64,000 nt of DNA from Haliotis cracherodii. Lineage: Eukaryota. A model generated the notes under the pieces. The model worked only from the letters and a program-made list of their open reading frames with translations. It was not told the DNA's origin and searched no databases. The stretch lies in NCBI RefSeq assembly GCF_022045235.1, contig NW_027266308.1, positions 53,816,001 through 53,880,000 of the forward strand, written 5' to 3'. The translations under genes and the position numbers were made by a program. Position 1 is the stretch's first letter, and each line of letters opens with the position of its first letter. Shown here in pieces: positions 24,336-37,000 of this stretch.

Positions 24336-25877
24336 ATGGCAGATCCAACTCTTAACGCCCTGGTGAATAGCGTGTCCAGTCACCTTGAACCACGCGAAGT
24401 AATGGATTATTTATATCAGGAACATGCGCTCAGCGAGGAGGACATGGACTTGGTCAATGTGAAGGTCACACGTAAAGATAGATGTCGTCTGCTGGTGGAG
24501 AGACTGACTTTCAGGGACAACAAGGTCAAGGCCTTGAAAACATTTGTGGACAGCTTGAGGTCGGATTATAGTTTCTTGGTGTCACCGGTTGCTGCTTGCG
24601 TCAAATCTGTTATTTCGTCAATCCATGAGACTGCTGCCATCCAAACACGCTCAGTTTCAGTGGTTGTCCCCATCCGTGATAGTTCCACTGACTCAGACGA
24701 GGAAAACTCATTTACAAACAGGCGACAAGCAAAAACAAAGGGAATTATTGCGCGCCCGTTACCGAAATCGGGAGTAATCATAGACAGGAGAGTCCATCGT
24801 GTATTCAACATCCTGAGTAACTCTCTCAACAAGGGAGACTACTCGCAATTTCGCGACAATTCCCAGAAACTGATGTCGTGTTGTCGATGTCCGGCAGACG
24901 TGCGATGCACTGTCCTCTACCTACAGTGTTGTCAGTCCTTGTTTCAGAACGACCTGAGTCAAACTAAATTGTTGTGTCAAGAAGCATCAAAGTTGTTACA
25001 ACATACCAGCAACCCCCTCGGATTCTCTGTGGACATTCTTTCCAAAAAAGCGTGGAGATATTTTAAACTTAACAAACTGAGTAAGTTAGAGAGTTGTCTT
25101 CGAGACGCCATGCAGCTGATTCATCAAGATCCACTAAGTTGCTCCGGGAAAGCGGCAGGGTGGATATTTGTTGATCATGCAAGACTATTGACATCTATCC
25201 TCGAAGTAGCTAGTCCACGTCGAAGTCACAATCTTAGACAACAAGCGCTCCGCAGTTTGGAGGAAGCAATAGAACACTTCAAAAGAGAAAACAGCAATGA
25301 TGGACTCTTTGGGCAATCTCTTGCCTTCGTTAAGTATGCCTCACTTCTTCTCCAATGTGGGGAGAGTATGCAGTTTTCTGGGCTGAACCTCAATTCATTA
25401 AGTGTGGAAAAAGCCAAGGATGTTTTGCGGATTGTTGAAGAATCGGAAATTGGCGTCCCTGAGATTCTTCGAGTGACGTACTACACAGCAATGTCGGACC
25501 TTCGTTACCGCCAGCAGAACGTCCAGCGGGCTCTAGAGTACGCTGCAGACGCCTCGGAACTGTCGGGAAGACTTGGAATGTGCGAGGAGCAAAGAAACGC
25601 AGGCACGAGGGTAGACTTCTACCAAGCACGAAGAAGTAAAGAACAAATTACCTTAATTAAGGCAGATATCGAGGCAATGTGGGCAGAGAGTGCCAGAGAA
25701 ACAGACGCAGACGACACATGTGTACCGGTTTCAGAAACAAAGAAGGTCGGATCGGATAAGCGATGTAAGAAAAGTAACTGGATAAGGGAGGTTATGTTGT
25801 GGGTGCGCTTTGTGGCTCTACTTTTGTGCATCATGGTGGGGTTTGTCGCGCCACTTACGCTCAAAGATGTGCAGTAG
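24336..25877 (+). CDS. CARD-domain protein with TPR-like helical region and C-terminal transmembrane (tail) anchor, 513 aa, encoded on one large exon
   Basis: Uninterrupted 1542-nt ORF in AT-rich DNA. Residues ~5-85 fit the CARD pattern (LEPREVMDYLYQEHALSEEDMDLV..KVTRKDRCRLLVERL....KALKTFVDSL..DYSFL). Amphipathic TPR-like helices at ~150-435. Hydrophobic VMLWVRFVALLLCIMVGFVAPL near the C-terminus, preceded by basic residues. Splice acceptor tttcctttataatacag|T directly before the ATG. Confidence 0.85.
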   Translation: MADPTLNALVNSVSSHLEPREVMDYLYQEHALSEEDMDLVNVKVTRKDRCRLLVERLTFRDNKVKALKTFVDSLRSDYSFLVSPVAACVKSVISSIHETAAIQTRSVSVVVPIRDSSTDSDEENSFTNRRQAKTKGIIARPLPKSGVIIDRRVHRVFNILSNSLNKGDYSQFRDNSQKLMSCCRCPADVRCTVLYLQCCQSLFQNDLSQTKLLCQEASKLLQHTSNPLGFSVDILSKKAWRYFKLNKLSKLESCLRDAMQLIHQDPLSCSGKAAGWIFVDHARLLTSILEVASPRRSHNLRQQALRSLEEAIEHFKRENSNDGLFGQSLAFVKYASLLLQCGESMQFSGLNLNSLSVEKAKDVLRIVEESEIGVPEILRVTYYTAMSDLRYRQQNVQRALEYAADASELSGRLGMCEEQRNAGTRVDFYQARRSKEQITLIKADIEAMWAESARETDADDTCVPVSETKKVGSDKRCKKSNWIREVMLWVRFVALLLCIMVGFVAPLTLKDVQ

Positions 25878-28252
25878 GATCCATGACAACATTTTGATCT
25901 ACGTGCGTTGTGTAACTTGTAAATTGGGTCACTTGTAATGAAATTATGTCAAACACAAAGAGTCTACAGTTTTCAAAAGAAACCAGACACTCTGTTTTAA
26001 CCAATAGGTGAATACTACTAGTCTGCTGGTTAGAAACGATGTTGCAAAAGAAGCAGTGCTCAATACGTCTTCTGTGGAAATCTCGTTTAAGGTTTGTCAT
26101 CAAAGTGTTTCAGTCTTTAACTTTCGTATAAAATGACATAAGCGAACAATGTCTCTACTTGTTGGGGCTTTCCAGCCTTATACGGGTGGCAGCATGGTAG
26201 AGAGTAGTACACAATTATCATCAAAAGCAGGGAATTGTATGGTGAGGGATAAAAGGGGCATGTGAGGCTACTTACTATCGGTCATTTACTGGACAACAAT
26301 TATGGTTAACAAAACGTCCGTTGTGCGGTGCTTGGTAATGTTTTGCATACCGTTTAATGCGGATCTCAAGGAGATGTTGAATTACATGTTTAAATGTATG
26401 TGATTAGGCGTGACGAGTTATGTCGACCAACAATCTTGACTCGATTTAGTCACGAATGAAATCTTTATTAAGCCCATTGCTGAATATATTATACACACCT
26501 GGAAAAACGTTAAGCACCCCCTCCTGTTGTAGCTATGAGTTTTGAAACCTGTTCCCTGACCCCAAATCTTTGGCATACAAAGCAGAACATTTCATTGGGT
26601 GTATTATTGGCAAAATTGGTACGCGATTTAAGTATGGAGCTGGAGGGTTCCCTATATTGTTATGGCTGGTAAGATGCTAACTACAAATGACCAATATGGC
26701 TTGAACAGGACTGTGTAACTACCACTTGCCCTGATAACTGCTTGAACATTCTCCACATAACCCCAGTGACTGATGCGTTCCTGGGGTAGGTTTTCCCATT
26801 CTCAGTGCAATAATGCTTGTGACAATTCCTGTAGTTTGACTACTGTTGGGTCCAGGTTTGCGCGACAGTGATCATCTTTGTCATGGGGCACTAACTTCTT
26901 CCCACGTGTATCCATGACGGACTACTTGGGGTTTTACACTCTGTTTCAGTATTCAGTTTGTTACTTTAACGCCTATTATCGTTTGGCACATGGATTGTTA
27001 GTTCATATAACATACGTTTTGTTATATCATGTCAATATAGTGCAAAATCATATTTTTGATTGTGTGTATTGTAACACTTCAGCATTTTAGCTGAACACTA
27101 CACTTTACTTTGCAGTGGCGTTAACGAGCCTTTCACTGGGTGGTGCAATATCATCGTTTCAGTTGACTCAAAGAGTACATTTATGTCACAGTAGCCAATA
27201 TGTTTAAAACAAATATCAGATTTTGCTTGGGATGTTCCGGTAATTGCTTAACACACCAAATGGACTAGTAATGACCTGTCGAGATGAATAGTGGCGAAAA
27301 TATGAAAATCCCAAACGTTGAGTATGTATAATAACTCAACGTTGCCCCCTTATAAACCTCAATTTGATGAGGATATTTGAGTTGCAAAATATAGAGCAAG
27401 GAACCTTTTGTTTTGAGCAAATATTTGTTTATGAGGGTTATTCCAGGGTATATGTCCCTTCCAGGGTTGGAACGTTGAGCTGTCTTACATATTGCTTTGC
27501 CTTACAATTCGATAACACTGTTGTTCAAAAAGCAAGGAACTTTCCATACTTTGGTGTACTAAGAACAAATACAGTAGTTATGTGACACTGTAGATTATTA
27601 TGGCTACATTTTAAAGGTGTGGCGAGGCACTAATATAGAGACGTTTGTGCGCGTGCGTGTGCGTGCGTGCGTGCGTGCGTGTGTGCATGCTTTATGCACT
27701 GTTAGTTTTATGGTGCTAGCCCACTGAGATACCAGGCCGCAGTTTAACATAAATACCCCGCTCGGACATAGAATACTCCGATCTCCGACCAGTCCTTGTT
27801 TTTGACCCTTAATGCAGAGCGCCAGACAGGAAAATAACGTACCATTTTTAGCGTCTTTCGGTATGAACCACCGACCATCTCCGGGCGCTATCAACAAGAC
27901 CACAGAGGTGGTCGCTACATAGTCATTGGCTGGATACACCAAACTGAGTGTCTACATGTACTTTGCTCCCTTTGGCGATTGCCCATTCTAAACGGCATTT
28001 TCAAATAAAGTCTTTTCCTATTTGAAAAGTTAATTAATTTCTCACCTTGAAAGAAGAGTCCCTTGTTTGGAGTGATGCTTGTGTCGGGCGGTGTTAAAGC
28101 TGAGAACCGCGTCTTGTGTCCAGTAGGGTTGTTTGTGTAATTACGTTATTACTGTTGTGTTTTTGGAAACAATTGCATGGTCACTTTTCATTTAATTTTT
28201 TCAAATATAGTTTTGAGACTAATAATTGGGGTGCCGGTTTGCTAAAATGGGA

Positions 28253-28413
28253 NNNNNNNNNNNNNNNNNNNNNNNNNNNNNNNNNNNNNNNNNNNNNNNN
28301 NNNNNNNNNNNNNNNNNNNNNNNNNNNNNNNNNNNNNNNNNNNNNNNNNNNNNNNNNNNNNNNNNNNNNNNNNNNNNNNNNNNNNNNNNNNNNNNNNNNN
28401 NNNNNNNNNNNNN
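28253..28413. other. Assembly gap (161 N)
   Basis: Run of N. Confidence 1.
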
Positions 28414-30161
28414 GAGCTACGCCACAATTGTTTTTCTTTTGTTTGTTTGTTGTATAACGCCGCACTCAGCAATATTCCAGCTAAATAATCGCGTCTGGAC
28501 CAAACAATCTAGTGATTGACATCATGAGCATCGATCCACGTAATTGGGGTCCGATGAAATGCATCAGTTAAGTCAGCGAGACTGACCACCTGATCCCGGT
28601 CGTCGCTTATTACGACAATCGCGACAACTGACGCATGTCTTGGTCATTTACCACAAGCACCGATATGGTGCTTCCAATATAAGAATGACAATGCGAGCAA
28701 ATCTGGGATTCGAACCACGACCACTGAATGATAACACGTCCAAGGGGCGCAACTCTGCCAAGCGAATTGCTGCTTGTACGAAGCGTGATCGCAGGAATGC
28801 CAAAATATTCAGGAACATTCTGACAGGCCATATCAATTGTCAATGGGGGTTTCCATCCCCATAATCATCTATAGTCTGCTTTATGGTGAGTTGAAATGGG
28901 GTTTAACGTCGTGTTCAAGGTAATGGAACGTAGCTATATAAGTGCAAAATTCTTGAACACGACGTTAACCTCAATTTCACCTTACCTCAATGAGACGCTT
29001 TTAACATTATTCCAGTTATATCCTGGCGTGTCAGCTCAACGTGGGAAAAGGCCCGAAGTGAAGCAGGTCTCAGACGTTTACCACTTCGGTGAAACCCACG
29101 AGCTCGGGTGTGGTGTCGACAAACCTAGAAACAATCGGGGCGAACCGGTATTTGAACGCACAATCATAGGTTTCTGGCGTGCCCAAGGGACGCAACTCTG
29201 CACAGCGAATCGCGGCGTCTAAGACGACTGGGCCACCCGTGCCACCCGTGCCCCCTCACCTCAAAGAGAGGCGTAATTCTACACACAAACATACATACCA
29301 GGTATGGATGAAAACGTCCACGCCAAACTACGATTGACTGTTTGAGTCTATGCTGATTATGTTTCACTTTTTGTGAGTTTTCCCAGGACGTTCAACCTTG
29401 ATATTATCATGTAGTTGCCCCAGCAGATAAGCTGAATATTGGTCATTAATGGTCAGGCCTTTCGGGAGGGAGTCACCTATTAGGAGGATCCCTTTGGGAT
29501 CCCAGAAAACCGAAGACATGTTGCCAGCTGATGAAACAGGGCTAGCTATAGGAGACGTTTAATGGTTCCATTAACTGTGGTTTAGTCTCTGGCTGATGTG
29601 AACCCAAGAGTTATCCATGGTTACAAATCCATGGTTACAAATCGCTGAAACACATCGGCTGGGTCTTCTTCAAAACGGCTGGGTCTTCTTCAAAACGACA
29701 AGCAAGGACCCGTTCTGACAGACCAGGATCCCCTTTCGGCTGTTTCATTGTATATAGCATGAATAACATTTCAATTGTGAAGAATCATCACAATCCATAG
29801 TTTGGTGTGTGTGTGTGGGGGGGGGGGGGGGGGGGGAAGAGTTTCATACAGCCCAGTTGCCATATTCCTGTCATATCATGGTGACATCTAACTAATCAAG
29901 CTGTGACCTGTATAGTCAGTGATGAAAAGCAATTCTAAAAGCATGTGCAACATTCATGGTGACATTGATGCACACATCTCACACTCTCCATTTGGTTCTC
30001 ATTTTGGTCCCCATCAGATGCCGAGGACCTATTGCACAAAGGAATCCCCATTGGGTACATACTCATGTTCACATCATATGAATCTGCTTAACACTTGTAA
30101 AATGAGTTGATCAGCTCACTGGTGAGGAAAAAGTAATCAAATACTTCTAACTTTGAAACAT

Positions 30162-30167
30162 TTTATT
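30162..30167 (-). promoter_or_regulatory. Probable polyadenylation signal (AATAAA) of eIF5
   Basis: Overlapping AATAAA hexamers on the minus strand ~870 nt after the stop codon, followed by T-rich sequence. Confidence 0.55.
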
Positions 30168-31031
30168 TATTACATAATTTAGTAATATATAGTTGTTTCA
30201 TTGTGTACAGAGTACCTCAAGAGTAAGCAAACAATACCCCACATGAATAGCACATACATCCCAGCACTGAAGCCACAGTTGTCTCACAGATGAAGAAACG
30301 GATCACTATAGGATGTACTATAAAATAGCAAAGCAGACATTTTCTCAAAGCCTCCTTAAAACTTAAAAACAGAACTTCACAAAAATATACAAGGCTACAA
30401 CAAAGTGATACAATACACAGCTTCATAGAACATACCATAAATCAAATCACTAAAACAAGCTGCATCATTTCATCAAGTTAGTCTTGAAAAGTCAGTCCAT
30501 GCAAAACTCAATGGGTCAATTTTGAGAGTCCTTGCAACTGCAGGGAAACAACTCTGGTGGGGAAAAAAGAATTTAAGAACCACAGACCTCCAAAGAAAAT
30601 CAAATGTATGTTTACAACAAAAGTGCTAAACTTCAACAAATTCCCAATATACAAATAAGGTTGATTACAAACATAAAGACAAGCCGACATATCTACAATA
30701 AACATTGAAAATCGGTTCTGATCAACCCTTTAAACAATGATATATTAATAAATTATGCTCTAGGTGATCAGATAGTGGTCAAATAGATGAAAGCCTGGAT
30801 AACATATCTGAGACTTATCAGACTCAAAGTTCCATATTGGCTGAATGTTTCCGATGACTGGTATAACTGTAACTGGCGGCCCATCCTAACCTACAAGAAT
30901 GTTCACAAGAAAGTCAACAGAACAGCCTAGTCTTCTCCCCTGTGATAGTACATCTGTGCTAGATAGATAGATAGCTATGAAGCTTGCAGTTAGACGGGGA
31001 GTGCTAGCTTGGTCTGCCAGTGGGGCATCAT

Positions 31032-34000
31032 CTAGATGTCATCTATGTTGAAGTCATCTATCTCAGCAGTTTCAGGTTTAGGCTTCTCCTGCTGGCCAAC
31101 CCTCTCAGTTGTGGAGTACACAACCTGAAACAGATCATAAAATGAGTTACTGCAAAAGAATTAGCTACTATATTATTAAGAAAAACTGAGTAAATTAAGG
31201 ACCTGCTTCTCAATTAATCAACAAACCCTGCTGCAGTCAAACATAAGCCAATTTAAGATTCCATATTCTGAATGCAGTCATGACGGACAACCATTTGTAA
31301 AATGAAATCCCTACTTCATTGTAAATGAGACATATAAGTATTTAAAAAAATACCCATCGGTGACAAAGTTTGGCATAAAAGGCTGTATATTCAACTTATA
31401 TTTAGAATACTCAAAAATGAAACCCTATCAACTCGCACGGATGTCAAAGTTGAATCTATCATAAGAACCATCAAGGTCAAGGTCATACTTTTCATCAACA
31501 TATATACATAAACTGTAACATCCATGAATATAGAGAACCAAGAGAATTGATAAAATGTTTAAATGACTCAAATCGTGGAAAATAGATCAACTGGATATAG
31601 AATTAGGTACTTCAAAATGTGCTTTTCCTGCAACTGTTTTAGTGTCAATAATGATGCCAGTTTCTAAATAGGAAAGCCATAATGACATGTTTTGCCATAC
31701 CTCCAGGTTTTCATCATCATCTTCATCTTCCGTTTCCTCTTCAGCTTCTTGCAACCATGTTATGAATGGTGCAGCCTTCTCATGGATCTCCGCCGCAACT
31801 TGCTTCGACACATATTTCTTAGAAACCTGTAAACAATTTTCAAAGTGATAATTTTGGGGAAACTATCAAGCAATTCTGTACTGAACATCTGTTAAAAAGA
31901 AAATGAGTATTATGCTGAAAAGCTACATGTGATGAGCAGAAAAATATTCTATATATGTAACTTACTTAAAAATGCTTATAACCAGCAGAAACTCAAGGGT
32001 GCCATAATGGCAAAGATCACTACTTTAAAGAAAGAATGTTGCCAGCCGCAGTCAGTAATATTTCAGCTAAATCAACAGTCTGAAAATAATATTAACCCAA
32101 AAACCCAACAACCCACTTACTGATAACATAAGCAACAATACACACAACCAGGGTATGATGGAATTAGTCAAGATCAGTCAAAGATACACATTTAGTCACA
32201 TCCTACAAAAGCATCGGGTACTGGTGACCTAATCTGAACTGGAATATTTGAAGAAGCTGGTCATGTCTAGGTGTCTAAAGTGAGACTCGAGGAAATGGGC
32301 CTTACCTTCTTTGCCCAGTCTAGTAGCACTTCCTCCTCCAGGATGTCGGTATCGTACAATGCTTTGAGGATGTGAGGCATCTTAGGCAGCAGTGTGTCCT
32401 TGTGAACATTCCCCACCAGCTGCTCAAGGCCCCCCAACAGGTACTTCTGGGCTTTCTGGTTGCCATGGCAGAACTGAAAAAGGCAATACAGCCAATACCT
32501 TTTGAACATTGTCGGGAAATGACAACTGTAAACATATTTATCATGTTTATAAGGCTAAGTAACAGGAAAATGCATAATCTTTAATACTTCAAATGCTTAA
32601 TGCCTGTTTGTTCAGAGTTCAGTCTGCATTACAGTTACATTGTAGGGGAACTATTTGCCGCAACATACACCTGGATTTAATCGGTGGGGGGGTGGGGGGG
32701 TGAGGGGGTGGGTGTGTTGGGGTAGAGTGACAGTTAGGGGCAGCAGTGAACAAACAGTTCTCTGCGGAGTATCCTGTTAAACATGTAACATACACAAGAA
32801 TATATGGACTGTCATAAATATTTGTTCAGAAAAGGGGCACTAGTGAAGATTACATACAGATTGGTTTAGAAGTTGGTCAGGAGGCTTATGGGAGCGGGGC
32901 ACTTAATAGGGGTGAATGTCAGCAAAAAGACTTAGGTATTCCTAGTAACACATGTATGATCAAGCTTATCCGACATATAAAACTCATAATTTTCATTCAA
33001 AGGTAAGCAAGATAAATGTAGAGTACCTTAAATCTAATTCAAATATGCAGTCAGAGTGTTTTTTCTCAATCAAGAATCTTGATGGGGAATCCAACACAAA
33101 GAAACTCATCATGTCTGCATTAGACTTAATTGTAGAACCTTGAACAGGCAGGTGTGAATATAAGAGGATAAACAGGAACTGTTCACAAACAACCCAGCAT
33201 GAATGTACTTTTACTTTGAACATGGATGACAAGTCATTCACATTCTTAAGTTGATGACACTGCCAAAGATGACATACCACTCGGAAGAGCTTCTCATGCT
33301 CTTTGAGCTGTGCAAGGATCTTGGCACCGAGCAGCAATTCCACCAGAATTAGAGTAGCTTTGTCCTTCACCTCCAGCCTCTCAGCCTCAGAAACCACTTC
33401 CTTAAGGGTACTCTTCAAAGTTCCATTGTCACGACGTGTCTAGAGAATAAAGTAAGTCAAGAGTATTGTATAATGATCAGGACAAATCTGACTTTCAAAA
33501 GAATGACCTGCAGATCCAGGCAACCAAGGGAATCAACTATGCACGGCGCGTTACAGCATCTCAGAACTGATCAATCATGTAGTCAAATCAGCATGATTAA
33601 AAGTTAGCCTCATCTCAATATGGTTTTTGATGCTGCGACACTGGGTACTGATTGAGCATTATTTCAATGTTTGGGGAATACAGTATCAAAGCCGACCAGT
33701 CTTTGTTTTAGCCCCTTAACTCTTTCAACACCTGTCAACCAGAAGTGTTTACTGCTGGGACACCTAGTTCCCGGAGACTCTTGTGTGATAGATGAAGCCA
33801 ACATTTATCAAAGAAAATATCTGCTTGTAAAACATCTTTGCTACCATGTGTTATACACAATTTGAAAGGTCTGATCCTATGGTTCATAAATATGAAAGTT
33901 ATGTTTATCACATTATTTAAAAAATGCATTTACAACTTAATTAATTTTGTTGTAAATAAAAAAATATATGCTAACACGTTGATAACGTCCAGATTAAGGA

Positions 34001-37000
34001 AGCAAAAAATAGACGATTTTCGGCAAATATAAGATTTAATAAAATCCACCTACCTATTACTGTTTTATTTCCATTGTTTACGTAAGTGAAATCATTTTAA
34101 AAAGAATTATAAATAGTATCTGTCATCATATGTTCCCAATAACAGCGGCTGTTCGGTCAGTAACATGAAGAAATACCCCCTATTCGAGGCTTTGTATGAA
34201 TAACACTTTCGAAGACTGGCATATGAAACACCGCCAGAAAGCTTATTCCTTCATGTACATGCTCGTAACATCACCTGCAGTTTTTTCGTAGTTATGACAT
34301 ACAATTTCATTGGATAAAAATTGGTTTCTAATGACACTTTCTTGACAAAATCTGCTACAAGCTTCGTGATTGGTCTAATTTGAGTACTTGACCTAAGGCA
34401 GACAATCAAAATTACAGCTATTGTACTGCCTCGTGGATATTAAAAACTTCAAAGGTTGACGCAAGATTTTTGTTAACTCATGTTATACTGATAGTTTTAA
34501 GCAGCAAATCACAATATATATTAAAAATAAGGAACTTTGTGAATGTATCGTGCAAGGTTACGAGATGTGACAAAGATTTTTTATGCATATATTTTTGCAA
34601 TAAACATCGTGTCCGAGCCGAGAATTCAAGGCGACAAAAGCCAAGATGTCATTTGACTTACATTACACAGAAATGTCTTTATTTTGCTCTTTGACATGTT
34701 CGATGTGGACCCATTGTCAAGTGTGCCCGAGAATTTTATTTTCAATAACATTGCTGGAAATGGTGAATATTTTTTTAATATATCAATAAATAAAAAATGA
34801 TAAATTGAAATGGAATACATATTTCAGACATTGTGAAATGTGATAGATTTAATAAATGAATGATATGACAGGTAGGTTCATAAAAATATATACTATTTTG
34901 ACGTGACTATGGCTTGGTCGGTAAACCAGCCTATGGTGTCTGGGTACTCGATGCTTCTGGCAGGTATACCGGCCTACGGTGTTGAAAGAGTTAATGCTGA
35001 GTGTCAGGGCAGGGTAACAACAGGGTAAACGCAGCTGGGTACCACAGAGACAGTCTTGTAGCCATTCAACACTCAAGTTTACCTCAATGTATTTGTAGAG
35101 AATGTCAACCCTTTCCTCCGATGTTTTTTCAAGATCTTCTGTGAAAGCAAGTCCTTTAGCTGCATCCGTCAGTTCTTGCATCCGCTGTTTGATGGCTTCC
35201 GCACTTGTCTCCTCACCCCAGTCATCATCGTCAATCTCACGTGTCTGGATCAAAACAAACATAGGAGTATACATTTCCACCACAAAAAATAACATAGCAA
35301 ACAAAATCACAAAATTTATTGGATGACATATCAGTGTTTTTTCTCAGTCAAGATTCTTGATGGGGAATCCAACACAAAGTAACTCATCAGTTTTGCCATA
35401 CCAAATAGTTGCAAGGAAAGTAGATGTGTAAACTGTCACAGAGACTCATTCCATTTTTTCACCAGAATGCATCAAACAATATTATCTGGCACAACTTTAT
35501 GCTATCAAACGATGCTAACATAGATAACATTATACTGTAGAAGTGGTCACATGAAAGCAAAACAAAAACATTCTTTGTACCATAATCTTGAGTAAATAGG
35601 TATAGTACAGCATGAGTATGGCCTTCTTATGGTTTGATAAGCATAATAAAACTGTTAAGGGAGAATTCTGGTTAGGCAGGGATGTCGCAACAAATGCATT
35701 ATTCAAGGGCGAAAACTGTATTAAGATGTGACTGACCTCCTCAGGTGGAGCATCAATGACACCTCCAGAAGCCCGCTGAGCAGCCATTTGTTCCTGTGCG
35801 TTGACTTCTGGGCTGGCACGATCATCCTCCTTCTCCCCATTCACTGTTCCTTTCTTGCTTCTCTTTTCCTTCTTCTTGCCACCTTTCTGGGGTGTCGTCG
35901 ACACTTCCTTAAATTTAGAAGTAATTAATGCAAAAACAGTTCATTGCTAAATCATTCTATTTATTTTTCTGACTTACATTCAAAACTAACACTGAAGGGT
36001 ATGGGGCAATTCTGTTCCCTGTACCTAGGGAAAACACAAATCACTTTAAATAATAATGACACAAAATAACAATATGCCACTAGAATTTGTTGGAAGTCTC
36101 AAACCAATAAATGTACTACATACCATGTCTGGTGGATTCTTCAAAATGTAAGTGGTGACTTTATGAGTCAATGGGATGTTGCCAGTATACCCACAAGCAA
36201 TGCAGCGCTGGGATATGGTTTGTTTCTTGGCATGAACAGTCTGCAACAAAATATAAACTTGTACTGTCAATGTCTCACATGCATGAAACATTTGGGCATT
36301 TTGTGGAGACAAGTCTTTTTGTGATAAAATGAGGAAGTGAAAGACAAGACTATGGTAATTGAGCAGTCAGAGTGTTTGTTCTCAGTCAAGACTCTTGATG
36401 GGGAATCCAACACAAAATAACTCATCATACCTGCATAAAAACAATTTTAAAATAAAAAAATCTGTGACATGAGCCTCTAGTCTAGTAAAATTTCAATCTG
36501 ATAAGTTCAGAAAATACATGAAATTTTAGTCCATATATCAGGATAATATATTCACAATTAAATCTACTGAAAATGGTGCTGAGACAACTTTGGGCTTGCA
36601 AACTCAATTTTTGTCACAGACTTATTTAACATAACACATACAAATAGACACACAATTATGAAATGAAACCATTTATTCTTAAAAGTGATCATCGACCATC
36701 GAAAGCCATGTTAGCTTCATCCTACACTGGGCTAGTCTAGGGATCAATCAACTTACAAGATTTGTCTCCGGATTGGAGCATTCCGGACACAAGACAAATT
36801 TCTTGATAAAGCCGTCAAGCAGATCCTGAAGCTTGTTGGATTCGTGAGAGCCATTGACAATGAAGCGATCGTTTTTTAAATCGAACTGGGTTTGAGCGCC
36901 AAGTTCACAGCCAAAAAACTTGGTGGGATCTGAAAATAAATTAACAGCAGCATCAGTGAATGTTAACAATGTCAAACTGTGAATCATTACAATCTGCCTA

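Noticed and set aside
26495-27600. Possible Tc1-like element beginning tacacacctggaaaaacgttaagcacccc
   Set aside because: Matching right TIR and transposase remnants could not be identified with confidence.
28116-28519. ORFs containing X runs
   Set aside because: Artefacts of the N gap.
33553-33637. Possible fourth C/D snoRNA (cagcatc...gatgctg stem with adjacent CTGA on the minus strand)
   Set aside because: No acceptable C box next to the 5' stem and no similarity to the three-copy family.
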